Source of the DNA: Trichodelitschia bisporula
Lineage: Eukaryota
Assembly (NCBI GenBank): GCA_010356995.1
Contig: ML996692.1
Location: 445,933-509,932 of the forward strand
Reading direction: 5' to 3'
DNA: 64,000 nucleotides
Shown: positions 39,075 through 50,164 of the stretch, in pieces
How the letters are laid out: each line of letters opens with the position of its first letter
Position numbering within the stretch: the first letter of the stretch is position 1
Program-made: the position numbers and the translations under genes
Notes under the pieces: model-generated
Databases searched by the model: none
Seen by the model: only the letters and a program-made list of their open reading frames with translations
Told to the model about the DNA's origin: nothing

Positions 39075-39920
39075 ATATGGGTTTAGGATGCGTTTTACGT
39101 AAGGATGCTCCTTCCATCATCACATGACTCTCTCCGCGGAAGCGCTGCGTGCGTTCGACATATTCCCCGGCTGGGATGGCCGGGTGGGGGGGGGTTGATG
39201 GCGAATGGCCCTCACACTTCCGAGCTGAAGTTCGTGTCTAAAGGACGGCTGTGAGGATGAACTGGGTGTGCGAAGTGGGATTGGCGGTCGCCGTGTGCGT
39301 TTTCTTTAGCTAGTTCCGGTTTGGAACACATGTTTTGAGTGTTGGTACTGATTTGCGGATTCCATCAATCTCTCTTGAGAGAGGCTGAAGTGCGGGGTGG
39401 AGGGGGTGCTGAGGGAGACGTTGATAGCGCTTAAAGATACACATAGGATAGATTGGGATGCAAAAGAAGTTATGTCGCGTTTGCATCGTGGGGGGAGAGG
39501 TGGTGTGTACCCGTACAAAAAAGAGAACGCTTCAAGAGCAAAAAGCTCAGATCTGACAATATTGCCAGTCCTACGAAAACCCTCCTGAGAAAGTTTTACG
39601 GTAGCAGGTCCCTTGCGGGAGTCGCATTGGTCATATCAACCGATGGTGGAGATAGCTCCAGGCACCAGAGACGATGAGCCATATCAACCGATGGATGGGG
39701 TTGCCAAACATCAGATGACGATGGAGGTCCACTCCTTTGACCGAGACCCCGAAGAGTTCCCCGAAAATCTCGATCTGAGTGCTGACACCGAGATTCGAAC
39801 CGCGTGGAACGAAACTTGGGCAGATATTCTAGTTCAGAATCATATACGACGCTGAGCAGAGTTCCCTGTACCATATAGACAACAGGTAGCAGTTATTTGC
39901 CAAATTCGTTATGTATTCCT
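39075..39920 (+). repeat. Diverged dispersed repeat, copy B (inverted relative to copy A at about 15464-16215)
   Basis: Aligns with copy A as described there; also carries an internal 15-bp direct repeat CATATCAACCGATGG at 39632 and 39680. Confidence 0.9.
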
Positions 39921-40466
39921 AAGCTTGCGGTATGTGTGATGGTGGGCTGCGTCACTTTTGTGGTGGCATGTGCGAGGACGGATGCCGATGGACCCATAGC
40001 CAAAGGCGTATCAACGTCGAACACCAACGCGAGACCATCATAATCACCTATCTCCAATTCCAGCGAGTCCTACACAACTGAGCCCCGTATCAACGTTTAT
40101 CATTCTCCATCGTTCTATCCATCTTGCCACAGCTGTTCTGGGAAGCACCTTGGGACTTCAATGACTGGTGATCGTGGCTGTATCGTGAGGTTCCCGCAGA
40201 CGAGGAGCAAAGGGCTATCCGAAAGAAGTCATGTCCTCCTCTCTCCGAAATTTGGCAGAGCTCTAACCTAGAACTAGTCGCTGGGGTAGACATGACTTTT
40301 TCGATTAGCCCCTTGGAGCTCCCTCTCTCCCTCTCTCCCTCTCTTCCTCACCTCGTCTTCCACTTCATCTTCAGTTTAGATACTTGGCTTTGCGTGCGTA
40401 ATGAGCTTTGCTCCCATCACTAGGCATCAATTGTATTACTATCGATCCCACAAAACACCACTAAAC

Positions 40467-42463
40467 CTATTTACGGTCATCCAAGCGAGCCGAGAACCTC
40501 ATCTCCCCAGCTCCAACATCAAACACAGCGACTACATTCCTAAGGAACGCATCCCCGAGCACCATAACCCCATCCTGACTAACCTGTACACCAGACACAC
40601 AAATCGGCCCCTCCGCCGCACCCCCAATCCCACTCCCCTTAAACCGCCCCCCCGCATCCTGCACCATATCCTTCCCATTAACCCAGAAATCCACCCCTCC
40701 AATCCGCACCGAAAACTGCGGCGCCCGCGCCCCGCACTGCACCAGGAACACCGTCCCACTCGCATCCGTCCACCCAGGCGGATCGAACAAGCCCGCCACC
40801 GTCCGCGCCAGGTCCGCATGCGTATACATCAGCGTCGTCCCGCTATCAACCGCAAACTGCGTCACGGCACTCAACCGCGTCAATTTATGCCCACCGGCCT
40901 TTCCCGCCCCCGCCCCCCCAGTAGGCCCCGTCTTCCCCGTCCCGACCGGCACCAGCGGCGCACGTGTCCCAGTCGCAGGTACCGTCCGTACAGCCGAAAG
41001 CTTCGGTGTTGCAGCGCGCACTGACGTGGCCAGCGTCGTTGGCGCGGCGGGCATCTCGTCCGCCGGAGGCCCGAGCGCGAACCCCTCAGCACTAATCATA
41101 TACAGCTGATACTCGCTCTCGCGCCGCGTTGACCCGTCCGCCAGCGTCAGCGTCAGATACTCAAGCGGCGCGCGCGCCCACGTGCGGCTCCAGCGCACAG
41201 GCGGCGGAGGCAGCCCACCCAGCGCCAGCACGCCCGCCGCATTCGCACGGCGGCTGAGCGCGAGGCTGAACAGCGGCGCCGTCAGGTTCGCCTGCCACAT
41301 GCTAGTGAAGAGCGGGTTATACGGCGCCGGCCGCGCGGGCCACGTCCCCGGCGCGAACGCACGCGTCAGGTTCGGGTAAGCGAGACCTAGCAGCCCGCTG
41401 GAGTGCCCGTCGCCGCTCCAGTACGCCGTATCGACGATGGCGACGGCCTGCGCGGGCAGCGTGAGTCCCGCCAGCGTCACGCGCTCGGCCGCAAATGTCC
41501 CGGTTAGGAACTCGCCGTCGGCGTAGCTGATGTTGAAGCGGGCGGTTGCGGGGAGCCGGGCGGCGGTCGTGCTCGTGGCGCGCGTGTAGGCGGGGCCGAA
41601 GGCGCAGGAGGCGGGCGGGAGGAAGCCGGTGCCGGGGCCGTGGGCTGCGGCGCTGCCGGCTGTATGCGGCGTGCTGGCGGGGAGGCCGGCGCCGGCACCG
41701 CTGCCGCTGCCGGACAGCGGGTCAATGCACTTGAAGTCGTGGCCGATGACCCAGGTGTCGCTGCTGCCGGTGTCGACGACGTGCTGGAAGCGCTGCGTGC
41801 CCAGCGTAATAGGTACTAGATATACAGTGTCGAGGACGTCAGCGAGGGGTGCGGCGTGCGGCGGCGGCGGTGTTGCATTCTCGTGCGCTTCGGTGCGGGC
41901 GGCGGCCACGTACGGTGCCGCACGCAGTAGGCTGATGTACCGCCGGGAGAGCGAGGTGCCCGGCCGGCGGATCAGGGGGAGCACGTTCTGCGTTACCACG
42001 TCCGGGCTCGGCGGCTGGAAGGCCACGGCCGGTGCCTTAGCGATGCGGAATTGCAGCGCCTGCGAGTTGAGCCCGTTGAGCACCCAGCCGAGCTGGCCTG
42101 CGCGCGGCGTGTGTCAGCCTTGCCGTACGCCCGTCCATGCGAGCGGACAGTGAAGGACTCACCCTTCTCCCCCGGCGGCCCATTAATCAGCGCCTGCAGC
42201 AGCGCGCTCGAAAACCCGGGCAGCGCACTGCTCAGCCCCGGCACGGCGGCTAGGCCTGCGGCGAGCAGATCGGGCAGGTTGGCGCTAAAGCCGGGTGGGG
42301 GGCCGAAGCCGGGGGAGGTGAAGCCCGGCGAACCAAACCCCGGAAAGCCAGGCGGGCGGTCAGGGCGGTCACGGTGGGCGTCGGACTCGGGCGGAGGTGC
42401 GGGCTCGGGTAATGCGGCTGCGACGGCGAGCCCGCCGAACAAAAAGGCGGAGAGGAGACGCAT
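40467..42463 (-). CDS. Secreted pepsin-like (A1) aspartic protease; intron 42098-42162
   Basis: Signal peptide MRLLSAFLFGGLAVAAA; catalytic VDTGSSDTWV and VDSGTT; flap FNISYADG; GLLGLAY; VLGDAFLRNVVAVFD. Confidence 0.93.
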
Positions 42464-42928
42464 CGCGCGCCGGAGCAGGCCTGGCAAGAGGGCTGGACTA
42501 TGTACCCGCGGCCGCGGGCATAGTGTGGGGTAGCAAGGGCGAGGAGCGCGGATCGGGCCAAGGGGGGGTGAACTTATTAAGCGTGCGATGGCTGGAACTA
42601 ACGTAGATGGGGGAAGGGTATAGCTGCGGAGGGCGGTGCGGCGCGGGAGGGCCGCGCGCAGGTGTATATACTTGATATGGCGGGTTATGACGCTGGCTAG
42701 AGATACCGGTGCACCTTTACCTGCTGCGGGGACGCCTGTTCCGTCGCATGGAGTAGGGCTACGCGGGGTGCGCGTCTCGGCACTTTAGGCAATTAGTACG
42801 TGGTGCTGGACGGGTGGGTGCGCGCCCCATGCCGCGTCTATCCCAAACGTGCGACGCGGGCCGGCAGCCCCGTAGGTTGCCGAGCTGGTACTGTACCGGC
42901 TAGCTCCATAGGTGCGGTTTCGCGGGTA

Positions 42929-43923
42929 TCACAGCTCGAGCGCCAGGTGCGGCTCTCCCCTCTCACCCTCCTCTGCTGTCGTCCCCACCGGCGCCGCCAG
43001 CGCATTCAACCACGCCGCCAACCTTACCGCCGCCTTCCCGATCTGCATCTCCACGACAGGCCCCGCGCCCACGGCGTAGGACCCGCTGACATCCGTCCCG
43101 TTCACCAGCTGCGCATACACGTACTTGCACGCCCAGGCATTACTCTCCCGCGCCCACTCCAGCGCGCATTGAGCCGCCGTGGCCGGGGTGACACACGCCG
43201 TCCACCCTTTCACGGGCTCGAGGAAAGAGTTTGGCGAGGTGGCGATGCGCGCGGCTAGGGCGGCGGACCATGGCGCTAGGGAAGTGGAAGGGAAGGAGGT
43301 CACGCCCGCGAGGGAGTAGGGGATTAGCTTGTCCCAGACCTGGGGCGGTGTTAGCTGGGGTAGGGGAGGAGGAGGCGGTGGTGGTAGTAGTGAAAGGGGC
43401 GTACTTCGTGCAGGCGCACCACGGCACCCTTCCACGGCACCATGACCGTGTTACCGCCCTGGCCGCGCCCGCTCGCATGCAGCGGCTGGGTTACGTCGCC
43501 GGCGAAATGCACGACCCACATGAGGGCTCTATTGCACGTCTCATTGCTTCCACCGCGTAGCCGCCCCGCGCGCACGTCGGCGATGCAGGAGGTTAGGACG
43601 CGGGTCTGCGTCGCAATGGCCTCGATGACACACCCGCTGGCTGCGCAGTTACTAGCATGGACTTCGCATTTGAGTGGTGGGGAGTCGAGGGTGTCGATGA
43701 AGTGCCACCCGGCGGAGAAGCGCCCTTCGGGCGTGGCGCGGAAGGAGTCGGCCCAGGAGGCGGCGGGGCCGATGGAGGCGTTGTAGGTTGGGGGGAGGAG
43801 GTGGGGGAGGAGGGCGGTTGTGGGGGGGGTGAGGAGGGTGGAGGCTATGAAGCCGATTTGGTTGTGGATGTCGCTGTTCCAGGCTAATGCTGTGGAGGCG
43901 AGGAGGAGGGGGAGGAGGCGCAT
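42929..43923 (-). CDS. Secreted S1/P1 nuclease; intron 43340-43404
   Basis: Signal peptide then W-NSDI-H, WAD, WHFID, HFAGDVTQPLH, GGN and LHE|VWD; the expected zinc ligands are all present. Confidence 0.93.
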
Positions 43924-44897
43924 TGTGGGCGTGGTTTGGGGTGGGGATGGGTGAGGTGGTGAAGTGAGATGATGGGGAATGAGAGAAGTGCGGGAAGGGA
44001 GGGGAGGGGCCGCGATGTTATGCTACTTCGTCGTCCGTCATCGTTGTCGTCGATGTTCTTGTCGTCGCGACGCTAGCCAGCCACATGCCCATCCCCCGCG
44101 ATATCGCGCGTGGCTACCGGGACAGCCACGCGTGGAGCGGGACGAAGCGTGAGAGTATGGCATCGGTGATTGGGCACCGGGAGCGACGGACTCGGCGGCT
44201 GAACGGGTAGTGCCGCTTACCCCAGCCTTTCTCACGCCTATCACCAAAAACACCGCGGCTGACTTCGCTTAATTGATAGCCTCGAATGGGAAAGTCTAGA
44301 TTGGGCGGCCAGCGTTTCTTTTTCCTCCATCTCTCGATCCCCACCACTCCCGCAGTACTGCGGCCAAACGACCACCCTCCCGTACACCATTCCGATCCCA
44401 ATACATCGTCGTCACCGCTGTCACCATCGTCCGTAATCCATAGTAAAAAGGCTATAACTCAAGTAGCAATTCTCATGTCCTGTCCCACCATCCGTCCACC
44501 GCACCCTCTGGTTCAACATGCACACTCGCCTCTGCGCTGCCGCATGCCCCCGCCCACCGCATCCGACCCAATAACCGCCCCGCAGGAAGCAACACATGCA
44601 TATCAGCCATCCTCCGGCATGTCGCCTCGCACAACACCCAAACCCCCCAGGACTACAGCAGTCGCCCCCAACGCCCAGCCCCCTCCGCGCAAAAAAAAAC
44701 AACACCCAACACCTTGGCCCCCCCCGCCGGGCATCCCTCCTCCGGCCATGATCGCCGCTAGGTCCCGTATCCATCTCTCCGCCGACCGCGCGGCTACTGT
44801 ATCCTAAAACACACCCCGTCGCCCGCCAGACGGGTTGCTTAGCTGCTTCACTCCTACCCTTTCCCTCCGCTCGGGCTGGCTCCGATCTCCCGGCGGC

Positions 44898-46371
44898 ATG
44901 CATCTCCGCGCCAGTCTACTCATCTTCTCCGCCGCGGGCGCGGCGCGCGCGCTCAGCTTCGCGGATGATAGTACGTTCAGAGTCCCCCACCGAACCGACA
45001 TGCCCGGCCGAGGACCAATCCCCTCGAACCGGAAAGCTCAATGAACTAACCCCCATCACCAGCATCAGTTAAATCCTCCGCCCAATCCATTGCCACCGGC
45101 CTCCTCGCCTTCTACCCCCCCTCCAGCAACACCCCCGGCGCGCCCATCGGCCTGTTCCCCCCGCCGAACGACTGGTGGCAAGCGGGGGCCGCCTGGTCCG
45201 CTCTCGCAGAATACGCCCGGCTGACGGGCGACGCGGGGCTAAACAGCGTAATCAGCACCGCCCTCGCCGCGCAAGCCGGCCCCAACGCCGATTTCCGCCC
45301 CGCGAACCAGTCTTCGAACGAAGTACCCCCCGACCCCCCAGCGGCCCGACCCGCAAATACTAACCCCAATAGACCAACTTCGCCCAAAGCCTCTGGGCCC
45401 TCTCCGCCCTCGCCGCCGACCGCGCCCTCCCCCCCAACCCCTCCCTCTCCTATCTCAGCGCCGCCAAAACCGTCGCCGCGCAGCAGGCCGCGCGCTGGGA
45501 CATGAGCTCCTGCGGCGGCGGGCTGAACACCAGCATCGCCCACCCGGGCGCGACGAAGGACACCCTCTCCCTCGGCTACTTCTTCCTGCTGCACGCCGCC
45601 CTCGCACTGCACACGCGCGACGCCGCGTACGCAGCCTGGGCCAGCCGCGCCTACGACTGGGGCCTGAGCGCGGGGCTCGTGACGCCAGCGGGCAACGTCT
45701 TCGACTTCGCCGACGCGGGGAACAACTGTAGTTCCGCCAGCACGAGCCGCGTGCAGTGGAGCGCCGGCGCGGGGGCTTTCCTGTGGGGCGCGGCGGCGAT
45801 GTACAACCTCGTACGCAACCGCCTCCGCCCAAAAAGCGTATGCTAACCAGCGCAGACCTTCTCGCAAACCTGGGTGACGCGCACAGCCGCACACCTCGCC
45901 ACCGTCAACGCAACCTTCTTCCAAGCGCAGTCTACCACCACGCTGTCCGACCCCGCATGCGGCGGCAGCTGCTCAATGCCGCAGCGCGCGTACAAGGGCC
46001 TGTTGGCAAAGGCGCTCGTGCGCGTCGCAGATCTGGCGCCGTTTGCGCACGACCAGGCGCAGAATCTGCTCGTTGCGGCGACGCGGAGTGTGGTTAGGGG
46101 GTGTGGGGAGGGGGTAGAAGCGGGCGGGAAGGCGGTTACGTGTGCGGTGGGGGGGAGGACGGGGGTGGGGGAGCAGGTGTTTGCTTTGGAGCTTACGCTG
46201 GGCTTGGTGCAGGGGCGGTTGACGCTGCCGGGCGCTGCGGCGAGTAGGACGGCGGCAGGGACGGCGGTGCCGACGGCGACGACGAAGAAGGGGGGTGGGG
46301 TGCGGAGGGGTGTGGGCGTGGGTGTGTTGGCGGTGTGTTTGGTGGGTGGGGTGGTGGTTGTTGGGTTGTGA
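44898..46371 (+). CDS. GH76 (DCW1/DFG5-like) GPI-anchored protein lacking the catalytic DD; introns 44971-45062, 45323-45372, 45811-45855
   Basis: Signal peptide; GH76 landmarks PPPNDWWQAGAAW, LTGD, CGGGL, YAAWASRAYDW, QWSAGAGAFLWGAAAMYN and YKGLLA; Thr-rich stalk with a hydrophobic C-terminal tail. Confidence 0.85.
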
Positions 46372-46547
46372 GTGCGGTTCTGGGGCAGAGGTGTGGTTTT
46401 GATGGGTTTTGCACCCGATTTCGTATACCCGGTTCATGGTTGGGGGGGTGCACATACCGTTTGTGGGCTTTGTGGTGTTTTGTGTGTGTTGTAATGCGAA
46501 GTTGGAGAGAGGTGATCGGACGAGATGGTGAAGTTTGGGGTTTCGCG

Positions 46548-47585
46548 ATGAGCCGACGTGGTGGAGACATGCCGGACTGTTTGACCAAGCAGCATCCCGA
46601 CATAGACGTGGAGGGATATCTACGACATGGATACTCCAACTACAGCTTGAGTTTCGGGCAAGGCTTTCTGGCCGTTGTCAGACAGGCAGAATCAGGCGGG
46701 TTTTGGTGAGGGAAGTCATACGGGTTACAAGGCGTAAGCAGCAAGATGCTTACGGCAGGAGAATTCTGGCTCAGCTGGAAGGATCCTACCGAGTGTTGTC
46801 CTCACCCGTGAGAAGGGGAACTGCTATCCTTACCGAGATGTATATCGAGAGATAGTCCAGGCGCCGGATTCGGGATCAACGCAATCCCGTACTCATGCAC
46901 ATTTAGAACTAGGAACCTTATAACTGTCCCCGAATCAGTCATCTCTTTTGCCTTGAGCTACTCAGAGGCCATTGTAGACGCCATACTTCGACAATTCTCC
47001 CCGTCCGCCATGGACAATCCAGCCCGCCTCGAAGAACTGATCCACCAAGTCCTGAACCTAGAACAGGGCAGCCAATCGACCCGCGAATACATCGAGCACG
47101 TCCGACAACAAATCGACCCCCAAGTGCCCGATGTTCTCAAATCAGTTCTGGCGAGCAAGGTCCTCGAGGGCATGACGGATCCGATGGAAGAGGCGGCAAT
47201 CCGGTACATCATAGCCGCGAATCCAGACCCCAACCGTCTAGACATTCGCACACTAGACTTCAACCGCATCGTCAACATTGTCATGTCCTGGACCAAATCG
47301 GAACCAGAACCTCCCGCCGGAGACGACAACACGGAGACTTTGCGGCTGCGCGAGGCGGTCGAGCAGGCCATGATACCGATATTCGACTACTTGGAGAATT
47401 TGAGGTCTGGACAGGACATCATCGATGAACGACTTGTTCTGATGCACAAGGCGCCGGTTCCTGGCGACACTTCGTCCGGTCCTGAGCCTGTGTATGGATG
47501 GATCCGCGATCTCGTACACGACTTCCTGGTTCGCAATGTTCACAAGCAGCCGCCAATGTGCCCGAATAACGGCTGTTATCCGTAA
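46548..47585 (+). mobile_element. Solo retrotransposon gag/capsid-like relic; continuous ORF 46953-47585
   Basis: LNLEQGSQSTREYIE resembles the LxQGxxSxxEY major-homology motif of Ty3-type Gag; also LASKVLEGMTD, and frameshifted upstream pieces DVEGYL and LEFRARLSG. No pol or LTR seen. Confidence 0.5.
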
Positions 47586-48235
47586 TGGTAGATCACCCAG
47601 TCAGGAGCATAACTGGCCCCTTGGCAAGCCCGAACGGCCAATGACGTCGTCGCTCAACCTCGGAAGAGGCACCACCGTTCTGGCGCATCTCGCCAACACG
47701 CTATTGATTGCATCCCGTCAGCGTCATTGACATTCTCAAGTCCCTCTTATCTGCATCACGCCCTTTGGCAGGTCCAACGTTATCCCCCATGGGTAGGGGA
47801 CCTGGGAAGGCCGCGCGGGACACGAGGTTGAGGGACAGAGGCACGGGAGGCTAGGGATAGTGCTGGGTCTCATCACAACATTGTCCGCTTTGTCTTTGGC
47901 GGGGAGGGAGATGAAGCCATCGCAGAGTTGGAGTACATCATCACTAGAGTGCCGTGTACTCTACGCAGCGCTGATTATTTTGCCTTGGAAAAGGCGGGAG
48001 AAGAACGCATCGCAGACTATGACGTGAAGTATCAAGTCCCCTACATCATCACCAACCCACGCCGTCAACCGACCACACCTCCCCAGTCTACTCGCGGCCC
48101 TCCGCCCACCCCACAAGCATCAAACATGGCAGACAGGTACAGCAGCTCGTTCCTGCAGATTCGCATTAAAATGACCTCCTCTATCGTACAAGCAAACGCC
48201 GCCCGCTCATGACCGAAAACACCAAGTTGAGACTA

Positions 48236-50164
48236 TTACTGCGTGCTCGATGTCCCCACCTCGTCCTTGCCGATTACCCCGTTGCTCTCAGGCGTGCCCT
48301 CGTACTCCTTGCCTCCGCTGCCCATCTCGATGTTCGCAATTGACGGCTCGCTTTTGCTCTCTTCCTTGTCATTAGACTCCTTATGCTCTTCTTCGTTCGT
48401 CTCCCCGTCCTGGCTGCTCTCGTGCTTCTGCTCCTCCTCCTGGTTACCTTCCTTCTTCTCCGCCTCCTTACTCTCCTCCTGCTTCGGCTCCTCCTTCTTC
48501 TCCTCCTCCATCTTCGGCTCCTCCTTATTCGGCTCCACCTTCGTCCCCTCCGCCTTCTTCGGCTCCGGCACCTCAATCTTCTTCGCTCCAGTATCAAACA
48601 CCAACTTACTCCCCACCGGCGCCGACCTCTCCACCTCCCACGGCTGCACCCCCGCACACCCCTGCTGACTACTCATCAGCCTCTCAACCCGATGCATAAG
48701 CCACCCACTCTCCATCCTCCTCTCCGCCTTCACCAACTCCCCCATTCTAACCTCTTTCCCAAGACGGCACTTTCCCGGCTCCCAAGCAAACTGCACACAC
48801 GGCTCCCGCAACTCACACGCCGCCCGACAAGCCTCGGCACTATAATACGCATACTGCCCAAACTTAGTATCATCGGTAATAGTCCAGCTCTCACTCAAAT
48901 TATCCCAGTCCGTGCGATTCGGCGCCGCCCGCACCACGCTAAGCACAAACGTCGTGAAGTAGTCGCGGAACAGCATCGGGGGCGGATTAGCCTCGTCCCT
49001 GTGCTTGCCCTGCCACGCCCGCTCGAATTGCCACAGCAGATCGATGGATGCGGGCGTCATGCGATGCCACGTTGTGGCCGCGCGGCACCAGTGCCGGTTG
49101 CTCCAGTCGAGGCTGAAGGGCGTCTCGCCCTGCAGCATGGGGAAGGCGCGCGTGAGCCGCACGCCCGCCTCGCTGAACGCCATGCTCAGGATCTTGTCGC
49201 CGCAGCACGTGTGCCCGACGGCCTCCTCCCAGACCTCCATGCGCTCGTCGGCGAGCGCGGCGAGTTTCTTGACTGCGGCGCCGGAGATTAGCATCCCGGA
49301 GCCGGAGTGCGCGAGCTCGATGTCGTTGATGAGCACCTGGGCGCCGGCGTAGATGGGCTGGCTGGAGTCGAGCTTCGCGAGCCAGGGCATCAGATTCGCC
49401 ATGCTGAGGTAGGTGTCGGACTCAACGAGCACGAACCACTTCTTCTGCGGGTGAAGCTTGTACGCCTGCAGCAAGGCCGGCAAAATCGTCCAACGATCCA
49501 AATTATGCTCGCTATCCTCCACCAGCGTCGCCAGATCCTGCGCCGCAACCTGCGCATTCTTAATCTTCTCATACAACTCAAAGTCCTTGTGCTGCGCACG
49601 GCGGCGCTCGCTGATCCCGGCGATAGTATCGTGCACCTTGTACGGCCCGATGTCGATCCCGACCGTGCTGAACAGCTCGAAGGGCGCGCAGGCCAGATCC
49701 GTCATGAAGTGCGCGGGCATCAGCTTGTACAGCTCAGCGGCGGGCGAGCGCATCACCACCAGCACGTCCGACGTGTCGGGGAGGTGTGCGCAGGCGGGGT
49801 CGACGTGGGTCTGCGTGTCGTTGCCCGCCGTCGGCGCGGCGACCGCGGCGTGCCCCTTCGCGGGTTCGTTCTTGGACGCCGCGTTCGCGCCCTTGATGTA
49901 CTCGAGCAGCTTGTCCGACATGCTTGCGTCCTTTGCGGGCGCGTCGGGCGCGCCCTGGTTCGCGGTGGGTTTACCGGCAGTGGGTGCGGCGGCGGGGTTG
50001 GTGCCGGGCTGGTTCTCAGGGCGCAGGTCCGGGACGCGGCGCTCGGTGGAGGAGTAAGGCTGGTTGAGGAAGAAGAGGAAGAGGGCTATGACAACGATTG
50101 CGGAGAGGAGGCGGGGCCCCTGGAAGGGGCCACGGGGGCGCAGGAGCGCCGTGAGACCGTTCAT
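48236..50164 (-). CDS. Glycosyltransferase family 31 (fringe-like), type II membrane protein, 642 aa
   Basis: N-terminal TM segment; KKWFVLVESDTYL, PIYAG, AHSGSGMLIS, CCGD, WCRAATTWH; Cys-rich module CRAAC..CVQF..C; Glu/Lys-rich tail. Confidence 0.88.
   Translation of the reverse strand: MNGLTALLRPRGPFQGPRLLSAIVVIALFLFFLNQPYSSTERRVPDLRPENQPGTNPAAAPTAGKPTANQGAPDAPAKDASMSDKLLEYIKGANAASKNEPAKGHAAVAAPTAGNDTQTHVDPACAHLPDTSDVLVVMRSPAAELYKLMPAHFMTDLACAPFELFSTVGIDIGPYKVHDTIAGISERRRAQHKDFELYEKIKNAQVAAQDLATLVEDSEHNLDRWTILPALLQAYKLHPQKKWFVLVESDTYLSMANLMPWLAKLDSSQPIYAGAQVLINDIELAHSGSGMLISGAAVKKLAALADERMEVWEEAVGHTCCGDKILSMAFSEAGVRLTRAFPMLQGETPFSLDWSNRHWCRAATTWHRMTPASIDLLWQFERAWQGKHRDEANPPPMLFRDYFTTFVLSVVRAAPNRTDWDNLSESWTITDDTKFGQYAYYSAEACRAACELREPCVQFAWEPGKCRLGKEVRMGELVKAERRMESGWLMHRVERLMSSQQGCAGVQPWEVERSAPVGSKLVFDTGAKKIEVPEPKKAEGTKVEPNKEEPKMEEEKKEEPKQEESKEAEKKEGNQEEEQKHESSQDGETNEEEHKESNDKEESKSEPSIANIEMGSGGKEYEGTPESNGVIGKDEVGTSSTQ

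Noticed and set aside
43480..43515. S1/P1 nuclease HFAGDVTQPLH lacking a His before QPLH
   Set aside because: As I recall, P1 nuclease also has Thr there, and all zinc ligands are present.
46867..46936. Short inverted repeats (6-8 bp) inside the gag-like region as a MITE
   Set aside because: Too short to exceed chance and no target-site duplication.
49405..49445. GT31 ESD in place of DxD as inactivation
   Set aside because: ExDTY is a common form of this motif in fungal GT31 proteins.
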